64,000 nucleotides of DNA from a virus (taxonomy: Duplodnaviria; Caudoviricetes). How positions within the stretch are numbered: the first letter of the stretch is position 1; each line of letters begins with the position of its first letter. Positions 63,675 to 64,000 of this stretch are shown here, piece after piece. Position numbers and translations under genes: made by a program. The stretch is taken from positions 1-64,000 of IMG/VR virus record IMGVR_UViG_3300033074_001483; one strand, given 5' to 3'. The notes under the pieces are model-generated. The model was given only the letters and a program-made list of their open reading frames with translations, had not been told where the DNA came from and searched no databases.

Positions 63675-63685
63675 ACCTATAAGTA

Positions 63686-64000
63686 TCAAGCAATTGCACT
63701 GTCTTTAGCGATAGTGCAATGAAAACATTTAGAATATCCCGGTGGGGGAATGGTAATGCGACTCTTTATAGAAAGACCAATCTCTTTACGAATGTCTTCC
63801 ATCGTCACACACCACAGATTGAACCACCAAAATCCACCTTCGTATAGAATTGTGGGGTCATAAACAAAGGGAACTATTTCACCCTCATGCTTTCCCCAAT
63901 TCTCAAGATTTGTTGGATTATCTTCGGGACGAACTACAGTAACGTGTGCTTTCCACCGAGGGCGAACGACCCGAAGCGATTTCGGGATTAGAGAATAGTA
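63686..64000 (-). CDS. 2H phosphoesterase-family protein, partial (enters from the right edge; not in the ORF track)
   Basis: Manual translation ...RWKAHVTVVRPE...YSKCFHCTIAKDSAIA* shows two H-x-T motifs. Confidence 0.65.
   Translation of the reverse strand, partial: YYSLIPKSLRVVRPRWKAHVTVVRPEDNPTNLENWGKHEGEIVPFVYDPTILYEGGFWWFNLWCVTMEDIRKEIGLSIKSRITIPPPGYSKCFHCTIAKDSAIA

Noticed and set aside
1-64000. CRISPR array, rRNA genes, IS elements, group I/II introns
   Set aside because: No regularly spaced direct repeats, rRNA signatures, transposase ORFs or intron core motifs were seen; endonuclease genes appear free-standing.
1-64000. Stop-codon reassignment as in some large phages
   Set aside because: Genes tile the minus strand completely in the standard code. 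No CTA/TTA/TCA suppressor tRNA was found; the apparent CTA in tRNA-Ser at 61239-61329 is off-register, and the 7-nt loop gives GCT.

Overview
A 64-kb segment of a T4-like jumbo myophage genome, almost entirely coded on the minus strand in the standard genetic code. 1-12.5 kb: DNA metabolism (Dam-family methylase with a candidate partner endonuclease, single-chain SbcD-SbcC/Mre11-Rad50 fusion, primase, RuvC-like resolvase, homing endonucleases). 12.5-42 kb: baseplate/tail module (gp6-, gp25- and gp5-like proteins, a tandem paralog array, a 1649-aa FN3/metallophosphoesterase protein). 42-51.8 kb: gp55-like sigma factor, Hsp20, PhoH, fibre-like proteins, secreted FN3 proteins. 51.8-64 kb: an RNA island with 14 tRNA genes, an RNase P RNA, several unassigned structured RNAs, five endonuclease genes and a cysC/TylF/coaD-like operon. 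The most striking observation is in the RNA island. A compact RNase P RNA with an intact catalytic domain but a specificity domain of only about 73 nt sits among tRNAs with co-varying D-loop/T-loop (elbow) substitutions. These include three 8/4-fold tRNA-Ser and a CAU tRNA with a long variable arm. All calls come from manual translation and folding; no database searches were run.
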